IMG/VR virus record: IMGVR_UViG_3300018411_000017
Source: a virus
Lineage: Duplodnaviria; Heunggongvirae; Uroviricota; Caudoviricetes
Strand: one strand, 5' to 3'
Length of the DNA stretch: 64,000 bases
The notes under the pieces were generated by a model. It saw nothing but the letters and a program-made list of their open reading frames with translations. It ran no database searches and was not told the origin of the DNA. A program made the translations under genes and the position numbers. Positions 17,701-26,100 of the stretch are shown in pieces; position 1 is the stretch's first letter, and the number at the start of each line of letters is the position of its first letter.

Positions 17701-18062
17701 ACTTTAAAATTTGAAATTTTCGAATATTCATTATTTTGTCTTTCTATAGACACTTTAACGTGGTCCCAACAAAGGGTTAGTGCTTTTAGGTATTTAATAT
17801 CATATTCTGGTAGTTTCTTTTTACCACTTAAATAATTATCAAACTTATAATCATCAGAACTTCTTTCTTCTGTTATAACTTTATAGAATCCAGGGTGCCA
17901 TTCTGTTAACATTATTTTATTTTCATTCGCTTTTATTGTTAGATATAAATCATCTTCTACTTTGATTTTTAAATTCCAATAAAAGTGATAATGTGATTTA
18001 ATCCATTTACAAATAGACATCCAATTCTCGATTAAACATATATCTATTTCTTTACCTTTCAT
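17697..18062 (-). CDS. hypothetical protein
   Basis: 121-aa ORF. Confidence 0.45.
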   Translation of the reverse strand: MKGKEIDICLIENWMSICKWIKSHYHFYWNLKIKVEDDLYLTIKANENKIMLTEWHPGFYKVITEERSSDDYKFDNYLSGKKKLPEYDIKYLKALTLCWDHVKVSIERQNNEYSKISNFKV

Positions 18063-18073
18063 TTCTTTATGTT

Positions 18074-18565
18074 TTAAATGTCTTTCACCAACCTAAGAGG
18101 AAACTTTAATCCAGCTACATACATGACATTACTCATATTTACTTTATTAAACCAAAAGCAATTTTTTTCACCAAATGGATAAATATTCGCAATTCTCCAA
18201 TATATACCGATATTGTATTTTGAATGTATTTTATTATCGCAACAATCGAACCACCCTTCAAATGGCATATGTATAAACATATTCTCATCTAAATCTTTAT
18301 CAATATAAAATTTAGCTCCATTATTTAGTCCTTTATTGTTGTCTGCGACCATTTCTAGTTCAAATAAATCTTTTACATCATCCTTATTCGGCAGTCTTTT
18401 ACCTAAACTATTAGCTATTTCCATAGCCTCCTCATAAGTAAAATACTTATGATCTCCTACAATGGTATTTGTTAAATCCCATATTGTATTATTGATTCTA
18501 ATCCCTTTAGATATTTTCATCGACAAATTTATTTGTAATATTAAAATAAGCTTTAATTTTATCAA
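18074..18565 (-). CDS. family C: FISUMP-like domain protein
   Basis: Internal MKISKGIRINNTIWDL is the probable start; KRLPNKDDVKDLF ; IYWRIAN ; C-terminal PLRLVKDI. Confidence 0.55.
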   Translation of the reverse strand: MIKLKLILILQINLSMKISKGIRINNTIWDLTNTIVGDHKYFTYEEAMEIANSLGKRLPNKDDVKDLFELEMVADNNKGLNNGAKFYIDKDLDENMFIHMPFEGWFDCCDNKIHSKYNIGIYWRIANIYPFGEKNCFWFNKVNMSNVMYVAGLKFPLRLVKDI

Positions 18566-18836
18566 AGTCAGGAAATCCTGAAGCTCTTATCCTACTACCT
18601 ACTATAGTATCGGCTGAAATATTATTATATAAATAATCTATTAATTTTGAAAAAGCTTCTTCTTCGGAGTCACCCGTAAATATTTCACTATATTTAAGGC
18701 CTACCAACCAATTACTAGATATATACCATTTTTTATTATATTTATCAAAATAAGTACATGGATAAATCTTAGAATTAGCTTCTTCAATAAAACTTAAAAA
18801 ATCATTTAATGCTATTTTCTTCTTTAATATTTTCAT
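18507..18836 (-). CDS. hypothetical protein
   Basis: 109-aa ORF starting MKILKKK. Confidence 0.45.
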   Translation of the reverse strand: MKILKKKIALNDFLSFIEEANSKIYPCTYFDKYNKKWYISSNWLVGLKYSEIFTGDSEEEAFSKLIDYLYNNISADTIVGSRIRASGFPDFDKIKAYFNITNKFVDENI

Positions 18837-19052
18837 AATATAAAAATTAAATAATAAAAGGCGTGTTGTTAAACCAAAAGATGCTTTACTAGCAATTATG
18901 AAGATAATTTACCCACTACTAATAATACATTATACAATTATTTATTCTGTCTTTTTCAACTTATAATTGCGTGATTGTATAACTATATTAGTTCTTCTAC
19001 GTGTTCTACTCTTTAAACGATGGACACTTCCAATCCTACGTACCTTTTATTA

Positions 19053-19529
19053 TTAAATTAAATTACACATTTCTTGTAATGCATCATTCAAAGCTTCTTC
19101 ATAAGATGAAAAATCTTTTCCGCATACACCATCATAAGGAGGTCGCTCTATTTCATTTTGTGGATCTAATTGCACATCTATGATCTTATAAGTATAACCC
19201 GCAAATGTTGGTATAATGGCTGGATGTAACTTATGTTTGTCTCTGAACCATTTCTGAGCTACGTGTAATTCTAGCAATGGAACGACAATCTGTCTTTTAA
19301 TGGCTCCATTATCTAGTTTTTCTTCATAGCTATCACAGAAAGGGTCATAAGACTCTATTTCTTCCCATTCAGTCCAATTGGTTGGATCTTTTCTTTCTTC
19401 AGGATTCATTGATTCACAATGAAAGTTGATTCTACGTAGAATCATTTTGCAAGGTTTATTATAACCTTTTGCTTTAATTCTTTTTGCAGTTTCAAAGCTT
19501 GCATAACCATTAAATGTCAAGTTTGTCAT
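19053..19529 (-). CDS. hypothetical protein
   Basis: 158-aa ORF. Confidence 0.5.
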   Translation of the reverse strand: MTNLTFNGYASFETAKRIKAKGYNKPCKMILRRINFHCESMNPEERKDPTNWTEWEEIESYDPFCDSYEEKLDNGAIKRQIVVPLLELHVAQKWFRDKHKLHPAIIPTFAGYTYKIIDVQLDPQNEIERPPYDGVCGKDFSSYEEALNDALQEMCNLI

Positions 19530-19555
19530 AAGTGTTTATTTTATAAATTATTAAG

Positions 19556-19627
19556 TACTCAAACCAGGAGTTGAACCTGGGCTTCATGGATATAAGCCGT
19601 GCGTGCTAACCGTTACACCATTTGAGC
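19556..19627 (-). tRNA. tRNA, anticodon TAT (Ile-type, AUA decoder)
   Basis: Manual fold on minus strand: acceptor GCTCAAA/TTTGAGT; D-arm GTGT-AACGGTTA-GCAC; anticodon stem CACGG/CCATG (one C-A mismatch) with loop CTTATAT (U33, A37); 4-nt variable loop; T-arm CCAGG-TTCAACT-CCTGG. Confidence 0.55.
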
Positions 19628-20010
19628 GTTTGCCTTTTACACCTAAAACTAATTATACACCGTACGCCTACATAGTAGATTACGATTAATCAGAAACTGG
19701 TGTTCTCGAGGTCTTGAAAAGTTATTGAGTTTTTTAACCTAAAAACAGCTTACGAATATAGTATAAATGGGATTTAATATTATTTAATATTATTACCAAA
19801 CACATCAAGTATGTTACTATACTTAAGCTGAAAAAACTGACATTAATTATTAGTTTTTACTCCCTTAGTCATGCCCCTAAGCAGGCTTTGTAATCATAGG
19901 TCTTCGTAAGCCTATAATTGGTTTCATGCACAATATAGTATTTCAACTATATTTACTAAATAGATAGCTTTAAGCCTCTATTCACTCCAGTGCACTAGAA
20001 CATTATATAA

Positions 20011-20049
20011 CCATGTTTCTCAATAGTCCAAGAAACATGGGCGTTTTTA
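20011..20049 (+). terminator. strong hairpin followed by T-run (intrinsic-terminator-like, plus-strand orientation)
   Basis: CCATGTTTCT-caatagtcca-AGAAACATGG then GCGTTTTTA; lies in an ORF-free gap inside the minus-strand gene block. Confidence 0.4.
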
Positions 20050-20272
20050 CAATATATCATGAACACAACGGTCTAGATGTTTGATCATTGTGTTTAATCC
20101 ATAATATAGAAAAACTATACTTTTCTTTTATTCTCCAGAGCTTTAATGATGTTTGCAACCATTACTAAAGATGTTGGATAAGAGGATCTATCTCTTGCCA
20201 GGACTTTATATCCACACTATTATCCTAACTTTAATAGTGTGAATCTAGTTTTAAAGGATCTAGAAACCTAAT

Positions 20273-20620
20273 CTATAAATCTAATCGCTCTAATATCGGA
20301 GTTAATTTATCTTTCAACTCAGGATAATAGCGATACATGGTCGTTCTTGCATTCAATGATTTATCAGGTTTTGTTAAAGAACTGCACTCCCAATCTATTA
20401 TCATTGAAGTATAGTTTTTCCAAACAATGCTTTCAGGATGATGAGAGCTGAATTTGCGGTGAATCTTTTGTACGTATTTATATGGCATAATTAATCTAAG
20501 CCAAGGCTTATACCAATCATGAAATAAATGATACGGTTTCCAAACACCTAACAACACAGCGGTCATATTAAAAGCCAACCAATGAGCAAACCAATAAGAA
20601 AAAGACGATTTTTTATACAT
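20273..20620 (-). CDS. hypothetical protein
   Basis: 115 aa, Trp/Tyr-rich. Confidence 0.45.
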   Translation of the reverse strand: MYKKSSFSYWFAHWLAFNMTAVLLGVWKPYHLFHDWYKPWLRLIMPYKYVQKIHRKFSSHHPESIVWKNYTSMIIDWECSSLTKPDKSLNARTTMYRYYPELKDKLTPILERLDL

Positions 20621-20625
20621 AACAG

Positions 20626-21087
20626 TTATTCTAAATCTTTAACACAGCGAACTGTAAATTGATAATCGCCACTAATATAACCTTTTGAGATATAATCTCT
20701 AGCTCCACAAAAATAAAAACGATTACCTCTGATTGCTTCATCTCTTCCAGATCCCCAAAATTGAAAAGAATTAGGTTCATCTATAATATCACATTCATAA
20801 CGGCTTTTATAGCCTAAAAATGGTAAAAATAAAGATTGATCTGTTTTTAAAAGTTTTTTCTTTTCAGCAAACCATATTCCACGTAACTCCTTGTCTTCAA
20901 TTCTATATAAATTTCGTAATTGATCAATATCAAAACGATCTGGAAGTCTTTTCCCTTCTTGCAAAGCCAATCTTGTGGCTTCTTCATGCGTAAAATGGAC
21001 TTGACCAGAAACAGTTAAATTAGATCTGTCCCAAGCTGTGCCATTTAATATGATAATATCGTTTTCGGGTTTTTTAACAATCTTCAT
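20626..21087 (-). CDS. family C: FISUMP-like domain protein
   Basis: ILNGTAWDRSNL ; KRLPDRFDIDQL ; SLFLPFLGY ; C-terminal FTVRCVKDLE (canonical FISUMP end motif). Confidence 0.65.
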   Translation of the reverse strand: MKIVKKPENDIIILNGTAWDRSNLTVSGQVHFTHEEATRLALQEGKRLPDRFDIDQLRNLYRIEDKELRGIWFAEKKKLLKTDQSLFLPFLGYKSRYECDIIDEPNSFQFWGSGRDEAIRGNRFYFCGARDYISKGYISGDYQFTVRCVKDLE

Positions 21088-21405
21088 TTAAGGTAACCTT
21101 TCAATTATAACATTCGACTTAGCCCACTCCCATGTATCATAGCTAATAAAACCCCAATTTGGATTGTCTTCATCTGGATCAAATGTGTAATATTCAAACG
21201 TATAATTTTTATGCATACCCCAGTCACAAGATTCATATATTTCTTGAGCTAATTTCGTATCAATAGCTTGTCCAAAGTTATTAAGCAAAGTAACTCGATA
21301 TATTGGCTTGCCATGATTTCTATCAAAATCAACTTTTCGATCACATCCATGACAACTGCAAATTAAAAGGACAAGCGTTATTAACAATAATATCTTTTTT
21401 ATCAT
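21088..21405 (-). CDS. lipoprotein
   Basis: 105 aa; signal peptide with lipobox LLICSC. Confidence 0.5.
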   Translation of the reverse strand: MIKKILLLITLVLLICSCHGCDRKVDFDRNHGKPIYRVTLLNNFGQAIDTKLAQEIYESCDWGMHKNYTFEYYTFDPDEDNPNWGFISYDTWEWAKSNVIIERLP

Positions 21406-21731
21406 TTTTCTTTCATGTTTTTAAGAATGTTATAGACTTTAATCTTGTTATATATTCTAGACACTAAAATATATATCAGACAAAACATTATAAATATAGA
21501 TTCAATGGTTATAGCAAACCAAGAGAATAAACCAGATAGTATAACCAATATCCATTGAATATGGCTAGTGTAATACAAATCTTTGATTCCTAATAGACTT
21601 ACCATAATACTCATGGAAATGATAGAACCAATTCCATAAAGTAATATGCCAAATAAAATTAACATTATCATACTATAATCTCCATAAAAGATATAACATG
21701 TAAATAAGAAATATCGTAGCAAAAATGCCAA
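21402..21731 (-). CDS. membrane protein
   Basis: 109 aa, multi-TM. Confidence 0.4.
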   Translation of the reverse strand: MAFLLRYFLFTCYIFYGDYSMIMLILFGILLYGIGSIISMSIMVSLLGIKDLYYTSHIQWILVILSGLFSWFAITIESIFIMFCLIYILVSRIYNKIKVYNILKNMKEK

Positions 21732-22032
21732 AAGAAACGAAGAATCCTATTGAAAGTATTGTATCTATAACAGGATAAACTTTTATTTCTGGAATTTGGC
21801 ATATTACAAATGGTACAAATAATGTTGCGGCTATTTTAGCTGACACGACAGCTATACGTAAAAAGAATTCAGCTATTTTAGTCATAAAGCTTATCAATAT
21901 CATAGTCAAATAAATAATCAAATAAATTACCGATCTTATGAAACCAATTCTTTTTGGGTTTAAATCGGAAGTATTTATTTGGATCTTCTTCAGGATATGG
22001 ATATACTCTTCGAACTTTCCAACCTTTTTCAC
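21673..22032 (-). CDS. membrane protein (overlaps next ORF; one of the two is probably shorter)
   Basis: 119 aa, multi-TM; 155-nt overlap with 21878..22267. Confidence 0.35.
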   Translation of the reverse strand: MKKVGKFEEYIHILKKIQINTSDLNPKRIGFIRSVIYLIIYLTMILISFMTKIAEFFLRIAVVSAKIAATLFVPFVICQIPEIKVYPVIDTILSIGFFVSFGIFATIFLIYMLYLLWRL

Positions 22033-22267
22033 TGTAAATCTTCATTAACTCTGATACAACATCTTCAGACATATCTTTTTCAATACTTATAAAATCTGGA
22101 GATTTTTTAGCTAAATCCAATATTTCATAATCATAAATGTCAACCCATCCTTTTTTATATTTTCTTACTAGTAAAAGGTTGATAGTTTCAATTATCAGGC
22201 TAGGATCAGTTTTTTTAAGCGACTTAACCTCATCAGGTGTTAACGCTTGAGATCTACTAATTTTCAT
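21878..22267 (-). CDS. hypothetical protein
   Basis: 129 aa starting MKISRSQ. Confidence 0.45.
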   Translation of the reverse strand: MKISRSQALTPDEVKSLKKTDPSLIIETINLLLVRKYKKGWVDIYDYEILDLAKKSPDFISIEKDMSEDVVSELMKIYSEKGWKVRRVYPYPEEDPNKYFRFKPKKNWFHKIGNLFDYLFDYDIDKLYD

Positions 22268-22273
22268 AATAAT

Positions 22274-22645
22274 TTATCTTATTTCTTCAAAATCAACACC
22301 AACAGAATAATAACCATTTGACTCTCCGTACCATCTGATTGTTACATCTCCTTTAAAGGTAGACAATTTATAAAAAGTCCAGCAATAAAGATCATCGTGG
22401 TATTCTTTGTTAACATCTATAGGATCTTCGTCGCTCGTTTCTTTTTCAGCTAATAATATAGGAGAGTTTAGTAAGTCGTTAATATCTCCACAGACATCTT
22501 CTATAGAAACTCTTTCGCAACAGTCTTGGCTATGTTTCATCTCAAATCTACGTCCTTCAGACGTCGTGAAAATGACTTCAGCAGAGTCGTCTTCCAATCC
22601 ATCAATAGATGTAATCGTAAGTCCTTTTAATATACTAAAATTCAT
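22274..22645 (-). CDS. hypothetical protein
   Basis: 123-aa acidic ORF. Confidence 0.45.
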   Translation of the reverse strand: MNFSILKGLTITSIDGLEDDSAEVIFTTSEGRRFEMKHSQDCCERVSIEDVCGDINDLLNSPILLAEKETSDEDPIDVNKEYHDDLYCWTFYKLSTFKGDVTIRWYGESNGYYSVGVDFEEIR

Positions 22646-22648
22646 AAT

Positions 22649-22873
22649 TCATTTTTGTTTAAGTTCAACAAATATAATATCTTGTTTATCCGATCGACTC
22701 TCCCGGCCACATGGCCCAGTGAAATTATTTGGGCACTCATCCATATTTTGATCTGTAAAAATACATTTTTCACAACTGTAATTTTCTGATTCTACAGAAA
22801 CACATTGCAGCATCTTTAACCCAAAAGCAAACACCTCTCCAATGTTATATTCTGTTTTCTGTTTTATTTTCAT
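22649..22873 (-). CDS. family D Cys-rich mini-protein
   Basis: 74 aa; IGEVFAFGLKMLQCV..CEKCIF..C...GPC...IIFV. Confidence 0.55.
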   Translation of the reverse strand: MKIKQKTEYNIGEVFAFGLKMLQCVSVESENYSCEKCIFTDQNMDECPNNFTGPCGRESRSDKQDIIFVELKQK

Positions 22874-22880
22874 ATTATTT

Positions 22881-23099
22881 TTACTCTTCTGATTTCACAA
22901 AAATAACATCAGTTTTATCATCTCTTTTCCGCTTACCACATAATCCAATAACTTCCGTATATTTTTCATGGCAATTAATATCACAAAAAAAACAACCAAC
23001 ACAAAAATTCTCTTTTTCACTAGTAACGCATTTTAATCTTATTAGTCCAAACTGAAATGTTTCTCCAATTTGAAACTGATTTTTCTTATTTATCTTCAT
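22881..23099 (-). CDS. family D Cys-rich mini-protein
   Basis: 72 aa; IGETFQFGLIRLKCV..CVGCFFC..C...GLC...VIFV. Confidence 0.55.
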   Translation of the reverse strand: MKINKKNQFQIGETFQFGLIRLKCVTSEKENFCVGCFFCDINCHEKYTEVIGLCGKRKRDDKTDVIFVKSEE

Positions 23100-23105
23100 A
23101 ACCCA

Positions 23106-23543
23106 TTATTCTAATATACATATTACACTGTGCCCGTATTTTATATTATAGTCATGAGTGAATAGCCGGTGTTTGCCAAAGGTTAAAGAAGTCTTATAAT
23201 ATTCATATTTGTCAGAAGAACTCCAATAATATCCATATTGATTAAATTCTTTTATTATCGTAGAAGGAGGATCTATAAAACCATCAGCAGGTAAAAATAA
23301 AGACTTATCAGATGCAATATCTTCTGGATTTTCTGCGAACCACATACCATTTTTTGTATCGTCCCATAAGTTCGGAAGATTAATCAAATCCTCAAACTCC
23401 TCTTTAGTAGGGAGACGTCTATTTGAACTATTGAGAATGTCAATCGCTTGTTGATATGTGAAATAAGTTTGCCCATGAACCTCAAGAGCTATTGTGCTCC
23501 ATTTTAAACCATTTAAGATAACATGTGTTTTTTTTATTTTCAT
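23106..23543 (-). CDS. family C: FISUMP-like domain protein
   Basis: ILNGLKWSTIAL ; RRLPTKEEFEDLINL ; SLFLPADGF ; YYWSSS. Confidence 0.65.
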   Translation of the reverse strand: MKIKKTHVILNGLKWSTIALEVHGQTYFTYQQAIDILNSSNRRLPTKEEFEDLINLPNLWDDTKNGMWFAENPEDIASDKSLFLPADGFIDPPSTIIKEFNQYGYYWSSSDKYEYYKTSLTFGKHRLFTHDYNIKYGHSVICILE

Positions 23544-23561
23544 ATTAAATTCTCCATGTTT

Positions 23562-23813
23562 TTATTTTTTATAATATTTTGCTGAAACGAACCAACAATT
23601 AAATTTACTACAATCAATCGGATCGCCATATTCATCTATAGATCCCTCGCCATTATGCCCTCGAGTAGGAATTTGGATGCAATAATAAAGCCCATAACCA
23701 GATTTCGTGTGATATCCTATAATACAACAACGATCTCCATCATGATAAATATAATCTCCGATCTTATATTTAAAATCACCATCTATACGCTTTCTTTTAC
23801 CTATTATTTTCAT
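23562..23813 (-). CDS. family E small protein (2 of 2)
   Basis: 83 aa; MKIIGKRKRIDGDFKYKIGDYIY...IIGYHTKSGY. Confidence 0.5.
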   Translation of the reverse strand: MKIIGKRKRIDGDFKYKIGDYIYHDGDRCCIIGYHTKSGYGLYYCIQIPTRGHNGEGSIDEYGDPIDCSKFNCWFVSAKYYKK

Positions 23814-23874
23814 GATTTGTCAGTTTAATAAAAATAGCTTATAGTACTTTGTAATCATACTATAAGCCAATTAT

Positions 23875-24219
23875 TTATTTCAATACAAAATGACGAGTTT
23901 TTTGCTCAATTGATAATCCAGACAGTTTTAATAAATCTATTGGTATATCGTAAATATAGGCAGTGTAAAAGGTTTCGGATATTTTTTTATATGATCCATT
24001 AAAACCTCTTACTCTTTTTGCATTTTTCTTTTCTATATTATATACCCTTATAGTATTTTCGCTTCTAAATGAAGCCAAACCAGAAAAACTTATGTGTTTA
24101 CCTGAATTAATGTTTATAACACCTCGAGTATAAACATGATCTAATGCAATTCTTTTTTTTAGATTAACAATAGAAGCTCCGCAAAGAATCTGTTTGTTAA
24201 CTTTTATTCTTATTTCCAT
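23875..24219 (-). CDS. hypothetical protein
   Basis: 114-aa ORF. Confidence 0.45.
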   Translation of the reverse strand: MEIRIKVNKQILCGASIVNLKKRIALDHVYTRGVININSGKHISFSGLASFRSENTIRVYNIEKKNAKRVRGFNGSYKKISETFYTAYIYDIPIDLLKLSGLSIEQKTRHFVLK

Positions 24220-24234
24220 ATCTTTATTTTTTAT

Positions 24235-24696
24235 TTATTTCTTTAAAAGACATCCAGCCCATTTATCGTAATAATTATCAAGTTTAAAATCAATTGGATT
24301 TTCATTCTCAATCTCTTTCAAATAAAAAGTATCTTCCATTGAAATCCTTGTTAAATAATAAGGGATCTGATGCTTATCACAATAATCATAAATGAGCTTT
24401 TTCAACCTCTTAAACCTTTTATTAAAAGGAGAATTAGCTTTGAATAAGCCATAATCACTTGGAATAGATCCAAAATAACAATAGTTTAACTTACAAACCA
24501 ATGAGTTAGTATCACATCCGTTAGAAGTTAAATGAGAACAACGAGCGCAACATAATCCTGCTCTGTTTTTAAAACAACCATTGCACGTAACAGAATCATC
24601 TACTTTTCTTATATCACATGGATTATACAACTCGTTATATAAATCCAAAATTCTACAAGCTTGCAAATACTTGCGTTTCTTCTTTTCTATATCCAT
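24235..24696 (-). CDS. Cys-rich protein (putative zinc-binding)
   Basis: 153 aa; CNGCF..CCARCSH..C..C..C cluster. Confidence 0.45.
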   Translation of the reverse strand: MDIEKKKRKYLQACRILDLYNELYNPCDIRKVDDSVTCNGCFKNRAGLCCARCSHLTSNGCDTNSLVCKLNYCYFGSIPSDYGLFKANSPFNKRFKRLKKLIYDYCDKHQIPYYLTRISMEDTFYLKEIENENPIDFKLDNYYDKWAGCLLKK

Positions 24697-24715
24697 ATCT
24701 TATAAGTTTAAATTT

Positions 24716-24779
24716 GTCCGCTTGCAAGAATCGAACTTGCATTCCTTAAACTAAGGTTCTACCATTGAAATAAAGCGGG
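24716..24779 (-). ncRNA. tRNA-like element with miniaturised anticodon arm
   Basis: Minus strand: acceptor CCCGCTT/AAGCGGA (C1-A72 mismatch), D-arm TTTC-AATGGTA-GAA(C), T-arm GCAAG-TTCGATT-CTTGC; the anticodon position is only CCTTA-GTT-TAAGG, giving 64 nt total. Confidence 0.45.
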
Positions 24780-24957
24780 TGCCACTCCATCACTTAATTT
24801 AATAAATAATATATTAAAACATAAGCGATTATAGGAGTAAAAGGACTAAATCACCAGTTAATGCAATATTTATAATCTGGATAAGAGCTCGTCACCAATC
24901 TATAAATCTATGCGCGATTGTTTAGATTTAATCCTTATATTGTAATACTGTAATACA

Positions 24958-25338
24958 TCAACAGCAAGATGCCAGTTGAATGTTTTTTTGTAATTCCGTA
25001 ACCAATTTCTGTTTATTGTATATTAAAAATCCGATTCTTTCAATCTCATCCAAAATTCCAAGTGGGACAGGAACGGTTGGCTCTTGCCAAAATACACTAT
25101 TATCTTTTTCTTTTATAGGAAATTTGCGACTTAAACGTAAAGTCAAGTTACGTTTACCATCATAAAAGGTAACTACTGAACTGCTAACAAAATAATCAGG
25201 ACATTCAGCAAAAGCCTCCATAATCTTTGTTGGAATGGAACTTATAACGAAAGGAATTAAAATAGATTCTTTCTCTTTAGATAAATGAGAAATCTCATCC
25301 ATAAGAGACTTAAGCGTTTGTTTATTACCCGTTTTCAT
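24958..25338 (-). CDS. hypothetical protein
   Basis: 126-aa ORF. Confidence 0.45.
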   Translation of the reverse strand: MKTGNKQTLKSLMDEISHLSKEKESILIPFVISSIPTKIMEAFAECPDYFVSSSVVTFYDGKRNLTLRLSRKFPIKEKDNSVFWQEPTVPVPLGILDEIERIGFLIYNKQKLVTELQKNIQLASCC

Positions 25339-25343
25339 AATTA

Positions 25344-25757
25344 TTAAAATTCTTTTATAACAGAAATTTTAGAAGTTTTAATGGATTTATCTATAAAATC
25401 ATACAAACTCTTCAAATTGTCAAAAGATCTTTCACAAGAATAGTCTCCATATGAATCTTCCATCAAATAAATAATGCAATTCTTAATAGTGTCATACCCA
25501 ATGATAATTGAAATTCCTCTATATTTAAGATCTTTAAGATATTCTTGCAAAAATAAATGAGCTTCTTTATAACTTCTAAATTGATATTTCTTTCTTTCAA
25601 AACTGTTTAAACGCCCATTCAGATGATAAAAAGTACAAAGAATTGACCATTCATACCACCAAAACCAAACTCTTTCCTGAATAGCATAAGTGACTTCTTT
25701 ATTATTTAATAAATCAGTTGAAACAATTTCAACTATCCTATATCTCTTCATCTTCAA
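25344..25757 (-). CDS. hypothetical protein, family F (2 of 2)
   Basis: 137 aa; distant paralog of 15775..16194. Confidence 0.5.
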   Translation of the reverse strand: MKMKRYRIVEIVSTDLLNNKEVTYAIQERVWFWWYEWSILCTFYHLNGRLNSFERKKYQFRSYKEAHLFLQEYLKDLKYRGISIIIGYDTIKNCIIYLMEDSYGDYSCERSFDNLKSLYDFIDKSIKTSKISVIKEF

Positions 25758-26094
25758 TTACTATTCTGGTAATCTCCTTAAACAATTTACAAGGAAGACT
25801 TATCAATTCGGCAGATCCGTTACCATAAGCTATTACTATCTCATGATGTTTCTTAACATAGTCAAGCTCGGTGAAATCTTCCGGATATTGAGCTTTGGTA
25901 ATATTCCACATAGCTATATATGGATGATCAACCCTTTCATGCTTAGATTCTTTACCGTAGCTTTCATATAACCTTGTTATATGTTTATTTGGAACAGTTC
26001 TAATCTCAATCTTCTTACTAGTAGGAATAATTTCACCATATTTATTCTTATACGGTGAAATCAACTGAGCATAATACCTTATCTTCGTTTTCAT
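25738..26094 (-). CDS. hypothetical protein
   Basis: 118-aa ORF. Confidence 0.45.
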   Translation of the reverse strand: MKTKIRYYAQLISPYKNKYGEIIPTSKKIEIRTVPNKHITRLYESYGKESKHERVDHPYIAMWNITKAQYPEDFTELDYVKKHHEIVIAYGNGSAELISLPCKLFKEITRIVIEDEEI

Positions 26095-26100
26095 AATCTC

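Noticed and set aside
19556-19627. Alternative fold of this tRNA with a 9-nt anticodon loop (GGCTT-ATATCCATG-AAGCC), implying a frameshift-suppressor-type tRNA
   Set aside because: A 7-nt loop (CTTATAT) with a single C-A mismatch in the stem and a normal 4-nt variable loop gives a standard cloverleaf, so the simpler Ile(UAU) interpretation is preferred.
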